Shown here one piece after another: positions 36,563 through 46,261 of a stretch of DNA of 64,000 bases. The notes beneath the pieces were generated by a model. The model was not told the DNA's origin. It ran no database searches and worked only from the letters and a program-made list of their open reading frames with translations. The stretch covers positions 70,567 to 134,566 of the forward strand of contig CAYGXQ010000001.1 of the NCBI GenBank assembly GCA_964354025.1, read 5' to 3'. The DNA comes from an uncultured Gammaproteobacteria bacterium. Its GTDB lineage: Bacteria > Patescibacteriota > Microgenomatia > 2-02-FULL-39-11. Numbering within the stretch: position 1 is the first letter of the stretch; each line of letters opens with the position of its first letter. Both the position numbers and the translations under genes were made by a program.

Positions 36563-38371
36563 ATGTTCGGGGATATCAAGGATAAACCGGGAAATCTGGT
36601 TAGCATTCCTCTGACCGAAGTACAGCCGCTGCCGGGCAAAAGTGAGATATAAATTTTCCATCGCCCTCGTCACTCCCACATAACAAAGACGTCTTTCTTC
36701 CTCCAACTCCAAAGTGTCAAGAAGTGAGCGGGAATGGGGGAAAAGACCTTCTTCCATGCCGATGATGAAAACGGTTTTAAACTCCAGACCTTTGGCGGCA
36801 TGAAGAGTCATCAGGGTTAAGGCATCGTTTTTCTCTTGAGGAACAGGATGATCAGGGGTATATTCCTGTTCAACCAGCGCGACATTTTCCAAAAAAAGGG
36901 AAAGGTCGTCAAACTCAGCCGCCACCGAACGGAGCTCCCTGATATTTTCCAGCCGCGAAAATTCCTCTTCGATTTCCGGATCATATAAATCAAGATAGGT
37001 TGACGACTCGAGAGTTTGGTCCAAAATTTCCATAACGGTCAATTTCCGTGATTGTTCTGATTTTTTGAAATCCTGGGCAAAGACTAAAAAGCGCTCATAC
37101 TTTTTCTTGCCGATTTTTTCCGTCCTTTTAAGGGAAACCGAGTCGGCCGGATTAACCAGTAACCGAAGGTATGACAGGACATCCTTGATTTCCTTCCTTT
37201 CATAAAACCGGACGCCGCCAACCAGAAGATAAGGGATGCTTTTGGAAAGAAGCGCTTCTTCGATGACCCGGCTTTGGGCATTGGTCCGGTAAAGGACGAC
37301 GAAATCAGAATAAGCACTTTTCGGATGATAATATCTGTAATCGGAGACTACCCTGATGATGAAGTCCGCCTCATCGTGTTCGTTTCCCGCCTGATAAAGT
37401 TTAATCGCGTTGCCGCTTTTTTTGTCCGTCCAGAGTTTGAGGATCGGGTGCGACTGGTTTTTGGAGATTATCGAGTAAGCGGTATCCAGGATCATCTTGG
37501 TTGAGCGGTAATTTTGTTCAAGGTGGAAAACTTTGGTATCAGGGAAATCTTTCTGGAAATTGACAATATTGCGAAAATCCGCCCCACGCCAGGCGTAAAT
37601 GCTTTGGGAAGCGTCACCGACAACGCAGAGATTGCGCCATTTTTTGGCCAACAGTTTCGTTAATACATATTGGGCACGGTTGGTGTCCTGGTATTCGTCA
37701 ACTAAAATATAGCGGAATTTATTCTGTAAAAAGCCGGCCGTTTCCTTATCCTTTTCCAATAGACGGACGACCATAAAAATGAGATCGTCAAAATCCAGGG
37801 CTTGGTTTTCCCGGAGAATTTTTTGGTATTCAAGATAGATTTTACCGACTTCTTTTTGGAAAGGGCCGTAGGCATACTGCGGATATTCGGTCGAGGAAAT
37901 CAGTTCGTTTTTGGCTGAGGAAATCATAGCCCCAACGATGGTGGGTTTGAATTTGGTCCGGTCAAGATCAAGTTTGCCAACCGCCTCTTTGATAACCTCT
38001 TTTTGGTCCTGGTCGTCGTAAATGAGGAAACCGGGCGGGATGCCTAATTTGCAGCCGTATCGGCGAAGAATTTTAGCACAGATGGCATGGAAAGTACCGC
38101 AGATAGGAAGATTGGTCGCTGGTCGTTGGTCGCTGGTCTTTAGTAAACGGATAATCCTTTCCTTCATCTCCCCGGAGGCTTTATTGGTAAAAGTGACCAT
38201 CAGGAGGTTATCGGGAGAAATGCCTTTTTCAGCGATGAGGTAGGCGACTTTGTAAGTCAAAACCCGGGTTTTCCCCGAGCCGGCTCCGGCTAAAATCAGG
38301 ATTGGTCCGTCAGTCTGTTTGACAGCGGCCGCCTGCGCCGGATTAAGTTGTTTGAGAAGATTATCGCTCAT
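36530..38371 (-). CDS. ATP-dependent DNA helicase, UvrD/PcrA family
   Basis: LAGAGSGKTRVLT (Walker A), DEYQDTN, YRSTK, VGVTRAMENLYL. Confidence 0.9.
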   Translation of the reverse strand: MSDNLLKQLNPAQAAAVKQTDGPILILAGAGSGKTRVLTYKVAYLIAEKGISPDNLLMVTFTNKASGEMKERIIRLLKTSDQRPATNLPICGTFHAICAKILRRYGCKLGIPPGFLIYDDQDQKEVIKEAVGKLDLDRTKFKPTIVGAMISSAKNELISSTEYPQYAYGPFQKEVGKIYLEYQKILRENQALDFDDLIFMVVRLLEKDKETAGFLQNKFRYILVDEYQDTNRAQYVLTKLLAKKWRNLCVVGDASQSIYAWRGADFRNIVNFQKDFPDTKVFHLEQNYRSTKMILDTAYSIISKNQSHPILKLWTDKKSGNAIKLYQAGNEHDEADFIIRVVSDYRYYHPKSAYSDFVVLYRTNAQSRVIEEALLSKSIPYLLVGGVRFYERKEIKDVLSYLRLLVNPADSVSLKRTEKIGKKKYERFLVFAQDFKKSEQSRKLTVMEILDQTLESSTYLDLYDPEIEEEFSRLENIRELRSVAAEFDDLSLFLENVALVEQEYTPDHPVPQEKNDALTLMTLHAAKGLEFKTVFIIGMEEGLFPHSRSLLDTLELEEERRLCYVGVTRAMENLYLTFARQRLYFGQRNANQISRFILDIPEHLVTLAGNDPV

Positions 38372-38403
38372 GATATAATGGATATCTATAATAGCATATT
38401 GTA

Positions 38404-38453
38404 ATAGCAGACTTTAGTCTGCGTAAAACGCGCAATAAATTGCGCTAATCCAA
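38404..38453. repeat. family-2 double-hairpin repeat
   Basis: taatagcagacTTTAgtctgcg taaaa cgcgcaaTAAattgcgc taatcc. Confidence 0.65.
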
Positions 38454-38463
38454 TTATTAACTC

Positions 38464-39144
38464 ATGAAATACTTAATAGCAAACTGGAAATCCAACAAAA
38501 ACAGCCGGGAAGTGGAGATTTGGTTTTCCCAAATGAAGAAAAAATTTACGGACAATCCGGCCGTAAAAATCGACCGGCTGGAAATCGTTATCTGTCCGCC
38601 ATATCTTTATTTACCCCAAGCGGCGAAATTGATTAGTAAATATCAGCTACCTCTGAAATTGGGCACTCAGGACGTCTCACCTTTCCCTGCCGGAGCTTAT
38701 ACCGGAGCCGTCACCGCCCGGATGATTGCCGAATACGCTGCTTATACTATCATCGGCCACTCGGAAAGAAGAAAGTATTTTAAGGAAGATGAGGTTCAAC
38801 TTTCAGCCAAAGTAATCATGGCCAAAGATGAAGAATTAACTCCGGTTTATTGCATCGCCAACAAACAAAACCAGATTCCGGAAGAAGTGACCATTGTCGC
38901 TTACGAACCGGTAGAGGCTATCGGCAGCGGTCAACCGGAAACGCCGGAGAAAGCTTCGGAAATGGCTAATTTTTTGAAAAAACAAAACAGCCAGATCAAA
39001 AATATCCTTTATGGTGGCAGTGTTAAGCCCGGAAATATCAACTCCTACTTAAACGCATCCGGAATCGACGGGGTATTGGTCGGCGGCGCCAGTATGATTG
39101 TTGAGTCTTTTTGGGAGATGATCGTCAATGCTTCATCCGTTTAA
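38464..39144 (+). CDS. tpiA: triosephosphate isomerase
   Basis: ANWKSNKN, IIGHSERRKYF, AYEPVEAIGSG, GGSV. Confidence 0.85.
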   Translation: MKYLIANWKSNKNSREVEIWFSQMKKKFTDNPAVKIDRLEIVICPPYLYLPQAAKLISKYQLPLKLGTQDVSPFPAGAYTGAVTARMIAEYAAYTIIGHSERRKYFKEDEVQLSAKVIMAKDEELTPVYCIANKQNQIPEEVTIVAYEPVEAIGSGQPETPEKASEMANFLKKQNSQIKNILYGGSVKPGNINSYLNASGIDGVLVGGASMIVESFWEMIVNASSV

Positions 39145-40222
39145 GAGAAAATTGATTAAATTCAAGCGAATTCTCCTACCCACTTTGATCGTGGGAGTTT
39201 TTTTTGTGGCGATAATCATTTTAGTGCGGTTTTTTGCCCCTTATTATAACTTCGCCAGAGAAAATAATTTATCGTTCTCTTTAATCCAAAGTCTGGTTTT
39301 TGATAAAAAACCAGATTTGAAAGAATACAAAGGCAGGACAAACGTAGTCCTTTTGGGAATTTCCGGCGGCAGCCATGAAGGCGGAGATCTGACCGATACG
39401 ATCATTTTTACCAGCACGGATTTTGCCAAAAAAGACGTCGTGGTTGTCTCCGTACCAAGAGATGTTTGGCTACCGTCTTTGAAAGACAGGATCAATTCCG
39501 CTTATCATTACGGTGAAGAAAAAAAGCCGGGAGGGGGTTTGATTTTGGCCAAAGCGGCTATTGAGGAAGTTCTGGGACAGCCGGTGCAATACGGTTTGAT
39601 GATAAATTTTTCCGGGTTTGAGAAAGTGATTGATTTGATTGGCGGAGTCGATATTGAGGTGGAGAAATCATTTACGGATAAACTTTATCCGGTTGAAGGG
39701 AAAGAAAACGATACTTGCGGTAGCGACAAAACATACGCCTGCCGTTACGAAACACTGGTTTTTGAAAAAGGGAGGCAACATATGGACGGTAAACTGGCTC
39801 TGAAGTATGTTCGCAGCCGCCACGCCGAAGGGGAAGAGGGGACGGATTTTGCCAGAGGCAGACGGCAGCAGCAGGTGATTTTGGCCGTGAAAAATAAAAT
39901 TATTACCCAAAAACTTTGGAAAGATTTTAACTTAATGAAAAAATTGTATGAGGTTTTTATGCAAAACGTGGCCACTGATTTGAACTGGTCGGAGAAGATC
40001 CTTTTAGGGAAATTTTTCCTGACTATGCCGGAAGGTGTTGTCCGTCAACTGGTTTTGGATACCGGCGATGAAAAACAAAAGAGAAAAGGCTTTCTGGTCA
40101 ATCCGCCGGCCTGGCAGTATAAAGACATGTGGGTGCTGACTCCCCGAAGCGGAGATTTCACTGAAATCCAAAAATATATTTCCTGTCAACTGGAATCCCC
40201 AAGTTGTGAGATAAAACCGTAA
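39128..40222 (+). CDS. LytR-CpsA-Psr (LCP) family cell-wall glycopolymer ligase
   Basis: N-terminal TM; TNVVLLGISGG...DLTDTIIF...VVSVPRDVWLP...YGLMINFSGF. Confidence 0.75.
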   Translation: MLHPFKRKLIKFKRILLPTLIVGVFFVAIIILVRFFAPYYNFARENNLSFSLIQSLVFDKKPDLKEYKGRTNVVLLGISGGSHEGGDLTDTIIFTSTDFAKKDVVVVSVPRDVWLPSLKDRINSAYHYGEEKKPGGGLILAKAAIEEVLGQPVQYGLMINFSGFEKVIDLIGGVDIEVEKSFTDKLYPVEGKENDTCGSDKTYACRYETLVFEKGRQHMDGKLALKYVRSRHAEGEEGTDFARGRRQQQVILAVKNKIITQKLWKDFNLMKKLYEVFMQNVATDLNWSEKILLGKFFLTMPEGVVRQLVLDTGDEKQKRKGFLVNPPAWQYKDMWVLTPRSGDFTEIQKYISCQLESPSCEIKP

Positions 40223-40235
40223 AAATATTGTTCCC

Positions 40236-40448
40236 TTATACGGTTATCATTCTTCTTTCGATCTTTTGAGGAAGAGTATGATATGCACGGTTAAGTATCT
40301 CCTTAGCGTCCATAATCTCGAGAGCGACCGGTTGGCGGAATTTATTGAAATGCACGATGATATTGTCCTTCTTTTCCGCGAAGGCAATGGGATCGTCAGA
40401 TAATTCCATCATAAGTATATCGACGTCTTTACTGTATTTTAATTTCAT
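40236..40448 (-). CDS. DUF2283-like small protein (orphan TA-associated component)
   Basis: MKLKYSKDVDILMMELSD...IVHFNKFRQPVALEIMDAKE matches the DUF2283 pattern (YDKEADALYIKLSD...IVGIEILNA). Confidence 0.5.
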   Translation of the reverse strand: MKLKYSKDVDILMMELSDDPIAFAEKKDNIIVHFNKFRQPVALEIMDAKEILNRAYHTLPQKIERRMITV

Positions 40449-40654
40449 ATCTTCCTTTTAGACAATTTATCAAAATATTGCTTTAAGTTCAATAGAAGGA
40501 TCTTTCGCTTCTTCAGATCGGAAAAAATATATGATTTTATTGCTTAATTGTTCTATTGTTAAATTGTAAATTTTTCGTCTTCCCTCAATCCGTAAATAAT
40601 ATTTAGTCTCGTTAGGTTGTCTTACGTCTGTGTAAGTTATATACTAATACTATT

Positions 40655-40978
40655 GTGAACGTAATTAACAGTGAAACAGATCAAATAATCGAAAGAATAA
40701 TTCAACACTGCCAACCGGAAAAAATTATTCTTTTTGGTTCAGTCGCCAGAAATGAGATTAAAGAGAACTCTGACATCGACCTTTTAATCATCAAGGAAAG
40801 TGATAAAAAGAGGCCGTTCAGAGTAAAAGAAATATTCAAAGCTTTAAGAGGCATGGTGAGAAATTATCCTTTAGATGCAATTGTATATACGCCTGAAGAA
40901 TTGGATAAACGTATTCTGATAGGAGATTACTTTATAAAAAGAATATTGAGTGAGGGAAAGACTGTCTATGGCGACTGA
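40655..40978 (+). CDS. minimal nucleotidyltransferase (MNT) antitoxin-type protein
   Basis: ILFGSVARNEIKENSDIDLLII (GS...DxD). Confidence 0.75.
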   Translation: MNVINSETDQIIERIIQHCQPEKIILFGSVARNEIKENSDIDLLIIKESDKKRPFRVKEIFKALRGMVRNYPLDAIVYTPEELDKRILIGDYFIKRILSEGKTVYGD

Positions 40979-41366
40979 CAAACAAGTTCTTGCCAAGGAG
41001 TGGTTTGATGCGGCGATAAGCGATTACCGGTATGCGGAAATAGGTCTTAAGGAAAATCAGATTTATCCCCAGATTGCCTTTCTGTCTCAACAGGTGGCGG
41101 AGAAACTTCTTAAAGGATTTCTGATACTTCATGACGTTGAACCTCCAAGAATTCATGAATTACCTAAGCTTCTGGATGAATGTGTGAAAATAGATTCTTC
41201 TCTTGATTCTCTTCGTGACGCTTGTGAGTCGTTAACAGGGTTTTATACGGAAACCCGTTATCCACCGGATATCACCGATTATACAAAAGAAGAAATAACG
41301 GAAGCTTTCAATATGGCAAAACTCATCAAAGAGGAAATCGAGTCCATCCAAAACAAACCTCAATAA
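40968..41366 (+). CDS. HEPN-domain protein (toxin partner of the MNT)
   Basis: 4-nt overlap with the MNT gene; conserved TRYPP (R-x4-6-H-like HEPN region) and helical pattern. Confidence 0.65.
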   Translation: MATDKQVLAKEWFDAAISDYRYAEIGLKENQIYPQIAFLSQQVAEKLLKGFLILHDVEPPRIHELPKLLDECVKIDSSLDSLRDACESLTGFYTETRYPPDITDYTKEEITEAFNMAKLIKEEIESIQNKPQ

Positions 41367-41519
41367 TCTTATTTTTTCGCCTCTTCAGACCGGAAATAAT
41401 TCATGAGTTCATGGTTCAATTGTTACATTGTTAAATTGCTAAATTGTTAATTATTCGTCTTCCCTCAATCCTTGAATAGTATTTTTCGAAGACAGATGGC
41501 CGATGGCGGATGACAGATT

Positions 41520-41625
41520 TTTCCGTCCTCTGTATTCTGTCTTCCGATTTCTGTCCTCCATTTTCTGCTTTCAGTCTTCCGTATTCTGTCTTCTGACTTC
41601 CGTCCTCCAACTTCCGTCTTCGATA
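41520..41625. repeat. pyrimidine-rich tandem decamer array (consensus about TTCYGTCYTCC); complement strand GGA-rich
   Basis: About 9-10 imperfect units read directly in the sequence: ttctgtcctcc / attttctgct / ttcagtcttcc / gtattctgtcttc / tgacttccgtcctcc / aacttccgtcttcg. Confidence 0.6.
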
Positions 41626-41711
41626 AGTTTCAGGACTGGGGGAAACCTAAGGAGGTTTGCGCATCAGCGCTAAAGATAGTCAGCGGGGTAGGCTGGTAGA
41701 AATACAACTAT

Positions 41712-41990
41712 TTAACTGAATTGAACACGAAGCGGTGTGTTTAAAACATCAGCCAGGCGTTTAAGAAATGATAAGGTAGGCATTGTTCTGGCGTTTTCCA
41801 CCCGGGAAATAACTGACTGTTTGGTTTTGAGTCGTTTGGCTAGTTCTTTCTGGGTAAAACCGCGTTTTACTCTTGCCATAATCAGAGCACGGGCAATCTC
41901 GTATTCCAGCCGGTTGTCTTCAACGGCTTTACGAATCTCAGGATTTTTTAAAAGTCTTTTTTTATGGGTTTCCCAATCAGTGATGTGCAT
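41712..41990 (-). CDS. higA: XRE-family HTH antitoxin (HigA-like)
   Basis: GFTQKELAKRLKTKQSVISRVEN; lies downstream of the toxin gene on the same strand. Confidence 0.7.
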   Translation of the reverse strand: MHITDWETHKKRLLKNPEIRKAVEDNRLEYEIARALIMARVKRGFTQKELAKRLKTKQSVISRVENARTMPTLSFLKRLADVLNTPLRVQFS

Positions 41991-42030
41991 ATAAAAGATA
42001 ATATCACAATTTTGCTATATTGTCCAGCGG

Positions 42031-42387
42031 TTAAATCAGTGTCCGTGTTTTATATTCAGCTAATCTACTTAAGGCGATTTTAATTTCCTTTATTGGAGTT
42101 TTTTGTTTTTTCTTTTTGAAAGCATGCAACAGTAAAAAAGTGGATTCTTTCACGGTCACGTAGAAAATACGGAGGTTGTCTTCTCCTAATATCCTTATTT
42201 CCCAAAGCGGTGTTCCGGTTAATTTTTTCACGTGGGGTTCCCGAATAGTCAGTCCGAACTCGGTTAACAACTGAAATGTGTTATAAACCTTGGAGATTGC
42301 TTTAGGTGGTAAACTTTCGATAAATTCATAAATTGGTGATGTTCCGGTTAAAGGAGAATAATATTTTATTTTCCAAGTGCCTGTCAT
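42031..42387 (-). CDS. higB: RelE/ParE-superfamily toxin, phage Gp49-like (HigB-type)
   Basis: PLWEIRILGEDNLRIFY...LLLHAFKKKKQKTP matches the Gp49-like toxin family pattern; toxin-first gene order. Confidence 0.65.
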   Translation of the reverse strand: MTGTWKIKYYSPLTGTSPIYEFIESLPPKAISKVYNTFQLLTEFGLTIREPHVKKLTGTPLWEIRILGEDNLRIFYVTVKESTFLLLHAFKKKKQKTPIKEIKIALSRLAEYKTRTLI

Positions 42388-42756
42388 TAATAATAGTATA
42401 TAATATATTTTTTCGCTTCTTCAGAGCGTAAAAAAGTATTTTCTCTGTTTTCGTCCTGCCTTCAGTTTATTGAAGGAATGGACTCATCAGTACCGATTCC
42501 ATCGGTAAAACAGAGAAATTCAGATGGTAAAGGTTATGGTAGGAAGGTAATCCCGAAAAGGGATACAAATTAGAACCTAAGGTTCTAAAACCCCTTCCGG
42601 AAAATACCCAGACACCATAAACCAGCAAGAAAGGCTCATGCAGACAAAGCCGCACAATTTCTCGATATCCAATCGGATACCGATCATGCCTTTCTGCTCC
42701 CTCTGAATTCTCTTGAAGAAAAGATCGATTAGTCAAGGCCGCCAAGCCTTTGACTT

Positions 42757-43221
42757 TTACGGGTACCGGATGGGCTCGCAACCACCCCAGCCAGGGTTGT
42801 ATCTCCAGCCAGGCCCACAGTCGGTTTCAGCTGCACGGCCGAAATGGGCGAGTTCATAGAGCTCATGCCCGTTGGCGTCAATGACGACCAGGCGCCATGA
42901 CCCAGGAGCCGGTGTGTTCGTTCCTTGCTCGAAGACCGTCCGGTACAACTCCGGGTGAGCGAATCTTGCTTCGCGCATGTCATCGACTTCGTCATTGGGA
43001 ACGTACTCCCATTTCACCCGTGATGCAGCGAGTTCGGTATCGTTGCCCTGCACGTAGAACTTTGTTCTGTCCGGGTACCAGGCGCCGTTCACAACGGTGC
43101 CGGTTTTCGCGCCATTCTCGGTCAAGAAAGTGACATTGGATGCCGGCGCGGCGCTCACGTTCACGACGTTCATCAGCAACAAAGCGATCGTCGCGATGTA
43201 AACAATCTTGTAACGGTTCAC
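42757..43221 (-). CDS. small secreted protein, high-GC, probably foreign
   Basis: Signal peptide MNRYKIVYIATIALLLMNVVNVSAAPA; coding GC about 58% against a window background of about 40%. Confidence 0.5.
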   Translation of the reverse strand: MNRYKIVYIATIALLLMNVVNVSAAPASNVTFLTENGAKTGTVVNGAWYPDRTKFYVQGNDTELAASRVKWEYVPNDEVDDMREARFAHPELYRTVFEQGTNTPAPGSWRLVVIDANGHELYELAHFGRAAETDCGPGWRYNPGWGGCEPIRYP

Positions 43222-43578
43222 GGTTTACTCCTTTTTATCTTCTCTTGTACTTGTTTTTCGATAGACACTTCAGCTTGGCGGCGAGACTTGAATATAATAA
43301 GCAAAATTATACCCACGTCTAGCCGTCAAGCCTGATATCATCTTGATCTTTTCTTCATTTTTAAGGTGCGATAAAAATAACCTTTTATCCTGCGCAATTG
43401 CCGGATAAAGATTATTTTTACACGATTTTTCTCTGTAACTCGTGTTTCCTCAGCCCACAAACAAAAAGCGTTTCTGGGCTCAGGAAGTGAGGTAAATTTA
43501 GGGAAGGTTTGGTTGTCAGCGGGGTAGGCTGGCGACATTTCCCTCCTTTGGGTTTACCTCTAGCTTCTCTTGGGTAAT

Positions 43579-45336
43579 TTAGTGGCCTGGGGCCGCTGGG
43601 CGAACCGGCATGGGTTGCGTTGGTCCGGGAACAGTGGGGGTGACGGCGGCGCTCGCCGTGACGCCCGTTGCCTGGATCGTGAAGGGCCCGTACAGATTGT
43701 TTTCTTGCTGGCCCAAAATTTCATGCCTTTCGAGCTCGCCATTATACCAGTTGACCCGGTCGTCTGTATCGACCCGATAGTAGCCAATGCCGGAAAGGTT
43801 CGGATCAACGTTCGAGTAGTAGACCCAATAGTTGCAACCCTGTGACTCACTGGCCACAGTGCTGCATGTGATAGTCTCACCCGGTTTGAGTGAGACTGTG
43901 GTGCCGTTTGGCCACCAGTTGCTAAAAGCCACACCCCGACCAGTCCAGCGGGACCCATCCCAACCAGGGGAAAGATCTTGCCAGAAATCTCCGGGGCCGG
44001 GGACGCGAGGCGGGTTGACATACCCGTCAATCCACCATGAGCCAGTTGTCGGCGCCGTTCCGATGTTAGCAATAATGACCATTGCGTAATTGTTTCTAAT
44101 GGTGCCGGATACCACAACTAGGTCTGGGGCGTAAAGGAAATCGCGTTGTATGACTGGTAGGTACGTTCGGCAGGCGTCCATGCGGACTTGAGCCGCATCC
44201 ATAGCGCTCACGTTTTGTCCGTTTGCCCGGCCGGTGCTCGTGACGGTGTTAGTGAAACTTGCCGTTACGTTGGTCGTGCAGATATAGCCGTTGCTTGCGC
44301 CGACTACTAGCGTCCCGATGGAGCGACTGCAGGTTCCGACCGTGCCCGTCACCGTCACGTTAGACAGATCCAGGTCCCCTGTGTTAGTGACTGCGATAGT
44401 GAAAGTTGCGGATCGGTTGTAGCAGACGGTTTTGTTTTCCGGTTCGATGGTGATGGCGATTGCTGCGGTTTTGATCGTGAACATCGCCGTGACAACCTTG
44501 TTTGCCGTCATCATGACCGTCGTCGGGTTGGCCGTACCCGTGATTGCGCCGGTCCAATTGACGAACGTCGAGGTTATACTCGGCGACGCTGTCAACGTGA
44601 CGACCGTACCAGCCTGGTAGCTGGTCTGGTCCGGATTCTTCGTCACCGTGCCCTGGCCGACTACGTTGGTCGTCAGTTGGTAATTGCAGATGACCGAAAT
44701 CATCTCTTGGACGAGCTGGTCGAGCTCATCTGGCGACGAGGCATTTCCCCAGCTTCCATCGCCAGCCTCGGCGATTTCAGCCAGATAGCCTTCACGGGTC
44801 GAGTCGAGATCCACACCAATGGCGAAGACCCTGAGCCCCGCGAGTTGTGGATCGGCCTGTGCAACCTCGATCGCGGAAACTAGTTGATTGGTTTGAGTAA
44901 TGGTGATTTCCGCATCCGTTACCAACAGCACAACCGGGTCTTCTGCTCCGAGGAGCTGGTTCTTGGCCATAACGAAGGCAGGCACGATCTCTGTGCCGCC
45001 GTTGGCCGTTAGCGCGTTGACCGCGGCGATGACGTCCGTATAGACAGGAGTCAAGGCCAGGTCTACCCGAGGCGTGTCAGCGAAGCTAACCACCCCTTGG
45101 CGGGACCCGGGATTGCTGACTTGCGGTGTTACATGGGCGACCGCACCCTTCAACGCGTCCAGCCGGGTGCCGGAGCCGAAAGCGGTCCCCATCGAGCCCG
45201 ATCGGTCGAGTTGGTACATCAAGTTGACCGTCCGCGAGCAACCCAGCGTCATCGCTTGGTTCGTGATGAAACCAAGCGTCAATAAGGTGGCCAAAAAAAC
45301 CAGGCCCAAAACTTGCGCGAGTCTTCCGCGTTTCAT
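43579..45336 (-). CDS. secreted von Willebrand factor A (VWA) domain protein with C-terminal beta-rich repeats, high-GC
   Basis: Signal peptide; MIDAS DRSGSMG; T...D pattern; Thr/Val/Asn-rich Ig-like repeats; GC about 57%. Confidence 0.65.
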   Translation of the reverse strand: MKRGRLAQVLGLVFLATLLTLGFITNQAMTLGCSRTVNLMYQLDRSGSMGTAFGSGTRLDALKGAVAHVTPQVSNPGSRQGVVSFADTPRVDLALTPVYTDVIAAVNALTANGGTEIVPAFVMAKNQLLGAEDPVVLLVTDAEITITQTNQLVSAIEVAQADPQLAGLRVFAIGVDLDSTREGYLAEIAEAGDGSWGNASSPDELDQLVQEMISVICNYQLTTNVVGQGTVTKNPDQTSYQAGTVVTLTASPSITSTFVNWTGAITGTANPTTVMMTANKVVTAMFTIKTAAIAITIEPENKTVCYNRSATFTIAVTNTGDLDLSNVTVTGTVGTCSRSIGTLVVGASNGYICTTNVTASFTNTVTSTGRANGQNVSAMDAAQVRMDACRTYLPVIQRDFLYAPDLVVVSGTIRNNYAMVIIANIGTAPTTGSWWIDGYVNPPRVPGPGDFWQDLSPGWDGSRWTGRGVAFSNWWPNGTTVSLKPGETITCSTVASESQGCNYWVYYSNVDPNLSGIGYYRVDTDDRVNWYNGELERHEILGQQENNLYGPFTIQATGVTASAAVTPTVPGPTQPMPVRPAAPGH

Positions 45337-45435
45337 GATTTTTCCTCCATTTTGATTTTGTTTTTGTCAGCCTACCCCAGCTGGTGCTGAAGATAAATTG
45401 CTTTACTGCGGATTCAAAAAGAGTAAAATAAAATT

Positions 45436-45639
45436 ATGGTTAAGATTACCTCAAAGAAAATCGAAGTTTTCAGCGATCTGTTTACCGATCTTGCCGCGGG
45501 TTGTTTTGGGACGCTATTGATCTTTCCCGGCGTCATCGGCATAAAAACTCTTCTTGATTTGATACTCCTATTGATCATCAATCTTCCATTTGGTATATTA
45601 TGTTTGTTGATAGCATTAAAATTAAAAGAAAAAATATGA
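45436..45639 (+). CDS. small hydrophobic peptide, hypothetical (a second 35-aa hydrophobic ORF follows at 45638-45745)
   Basis: 67 aa with one or two TM segments; weak call. Confidence 0.25.
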   Translation: MVKITSKKIEVFSDLFTDLAAGCFGTLLIFPGVIGIKTLLDLILLLIINLPFGILCLLIALKLKEKI

Positions 45640-46224
45640 CTCCATCTATTACTTCAACGTCAATCGGTATGGGCATTGCTTTAGGTCTTTTAATTATTGC
45701 CTTTTTACTCTTCTGGAATACCTTCTACAAAAAAACCAGTAAGTAGCAGGTTGATTTTATCTTCAATACCAGCAGGGTAGAACTGACTCAAAAGTCCGCC
45801 TACGCATGAAGCTTCGGCGAGACAAGGGAGGAAAATACCCCTAATAATAAGATTATTACCCCAGTACCAGTCCTGATTTAACCTGAGGACGGTACGGGGT
45901 TGCGACTCCGTTTATTAATGGCGGAGTCTTACCCAAGGAAGCTTGTTAAAGAGCCCCTCGCTTCGCTCGGGGTAAACCCTTCTATTTGACTTAGGCTACC
46001 CTGAACTAAGCGAAGAAAGCCGTTATTAGTTGTCCAAATTTCAGTAATCAGAAGCAAATATCTGAACTTGAAAAAGACAACTTCAAACTTCTTCAGTTTG
46101 CATGCGGATTAATTAACCTATAGTTAAATATCCACAGCCGTTGTATTTATACAACTTTCTATGACAAAATCTTGATCATAAGAGGAGAAAAAGTATCAAA
46201 AATAGGGGATTTTTGACAAAATAC

Positions 46225-46253
46225 TTGACAAACTGTTTAAATTATAGGATAAT
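46225..46253 (+). promoter_or_regulatory. sigma70-like promoter (TTGACA-17-GATAAT) 8 nt upstream of the ATPase-wHTH gene
   Basis: ttgaca 46225-46230, gataat 46248-46253; a second TTGACA at 46213; essentially leaderless start at 46262. Confidence 0.5.
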
Positions 46254-46261
46254 ATCTCAAC

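Noticed and set aside
41679-41702. gcggggtaggctggtag as a possible tRNA 5' end
   Set aside because: The downstream sequence has no D-loop, anticodon arm or T-loop (no GTTCGAATC-like box). The motif recurs as a dispersed 18-mer, so it is a repeat rather than a tRNA.
42467-43133. Overlapping ORFs 42467-42781, 42729-42995 and 42897-43133
   Set aside because: They overlap the high-GC secreted-protein gene (42757-43221), where high GC suppresses stop codons in all frames. Only that frame has a start, a signal peptide and a sensible length.
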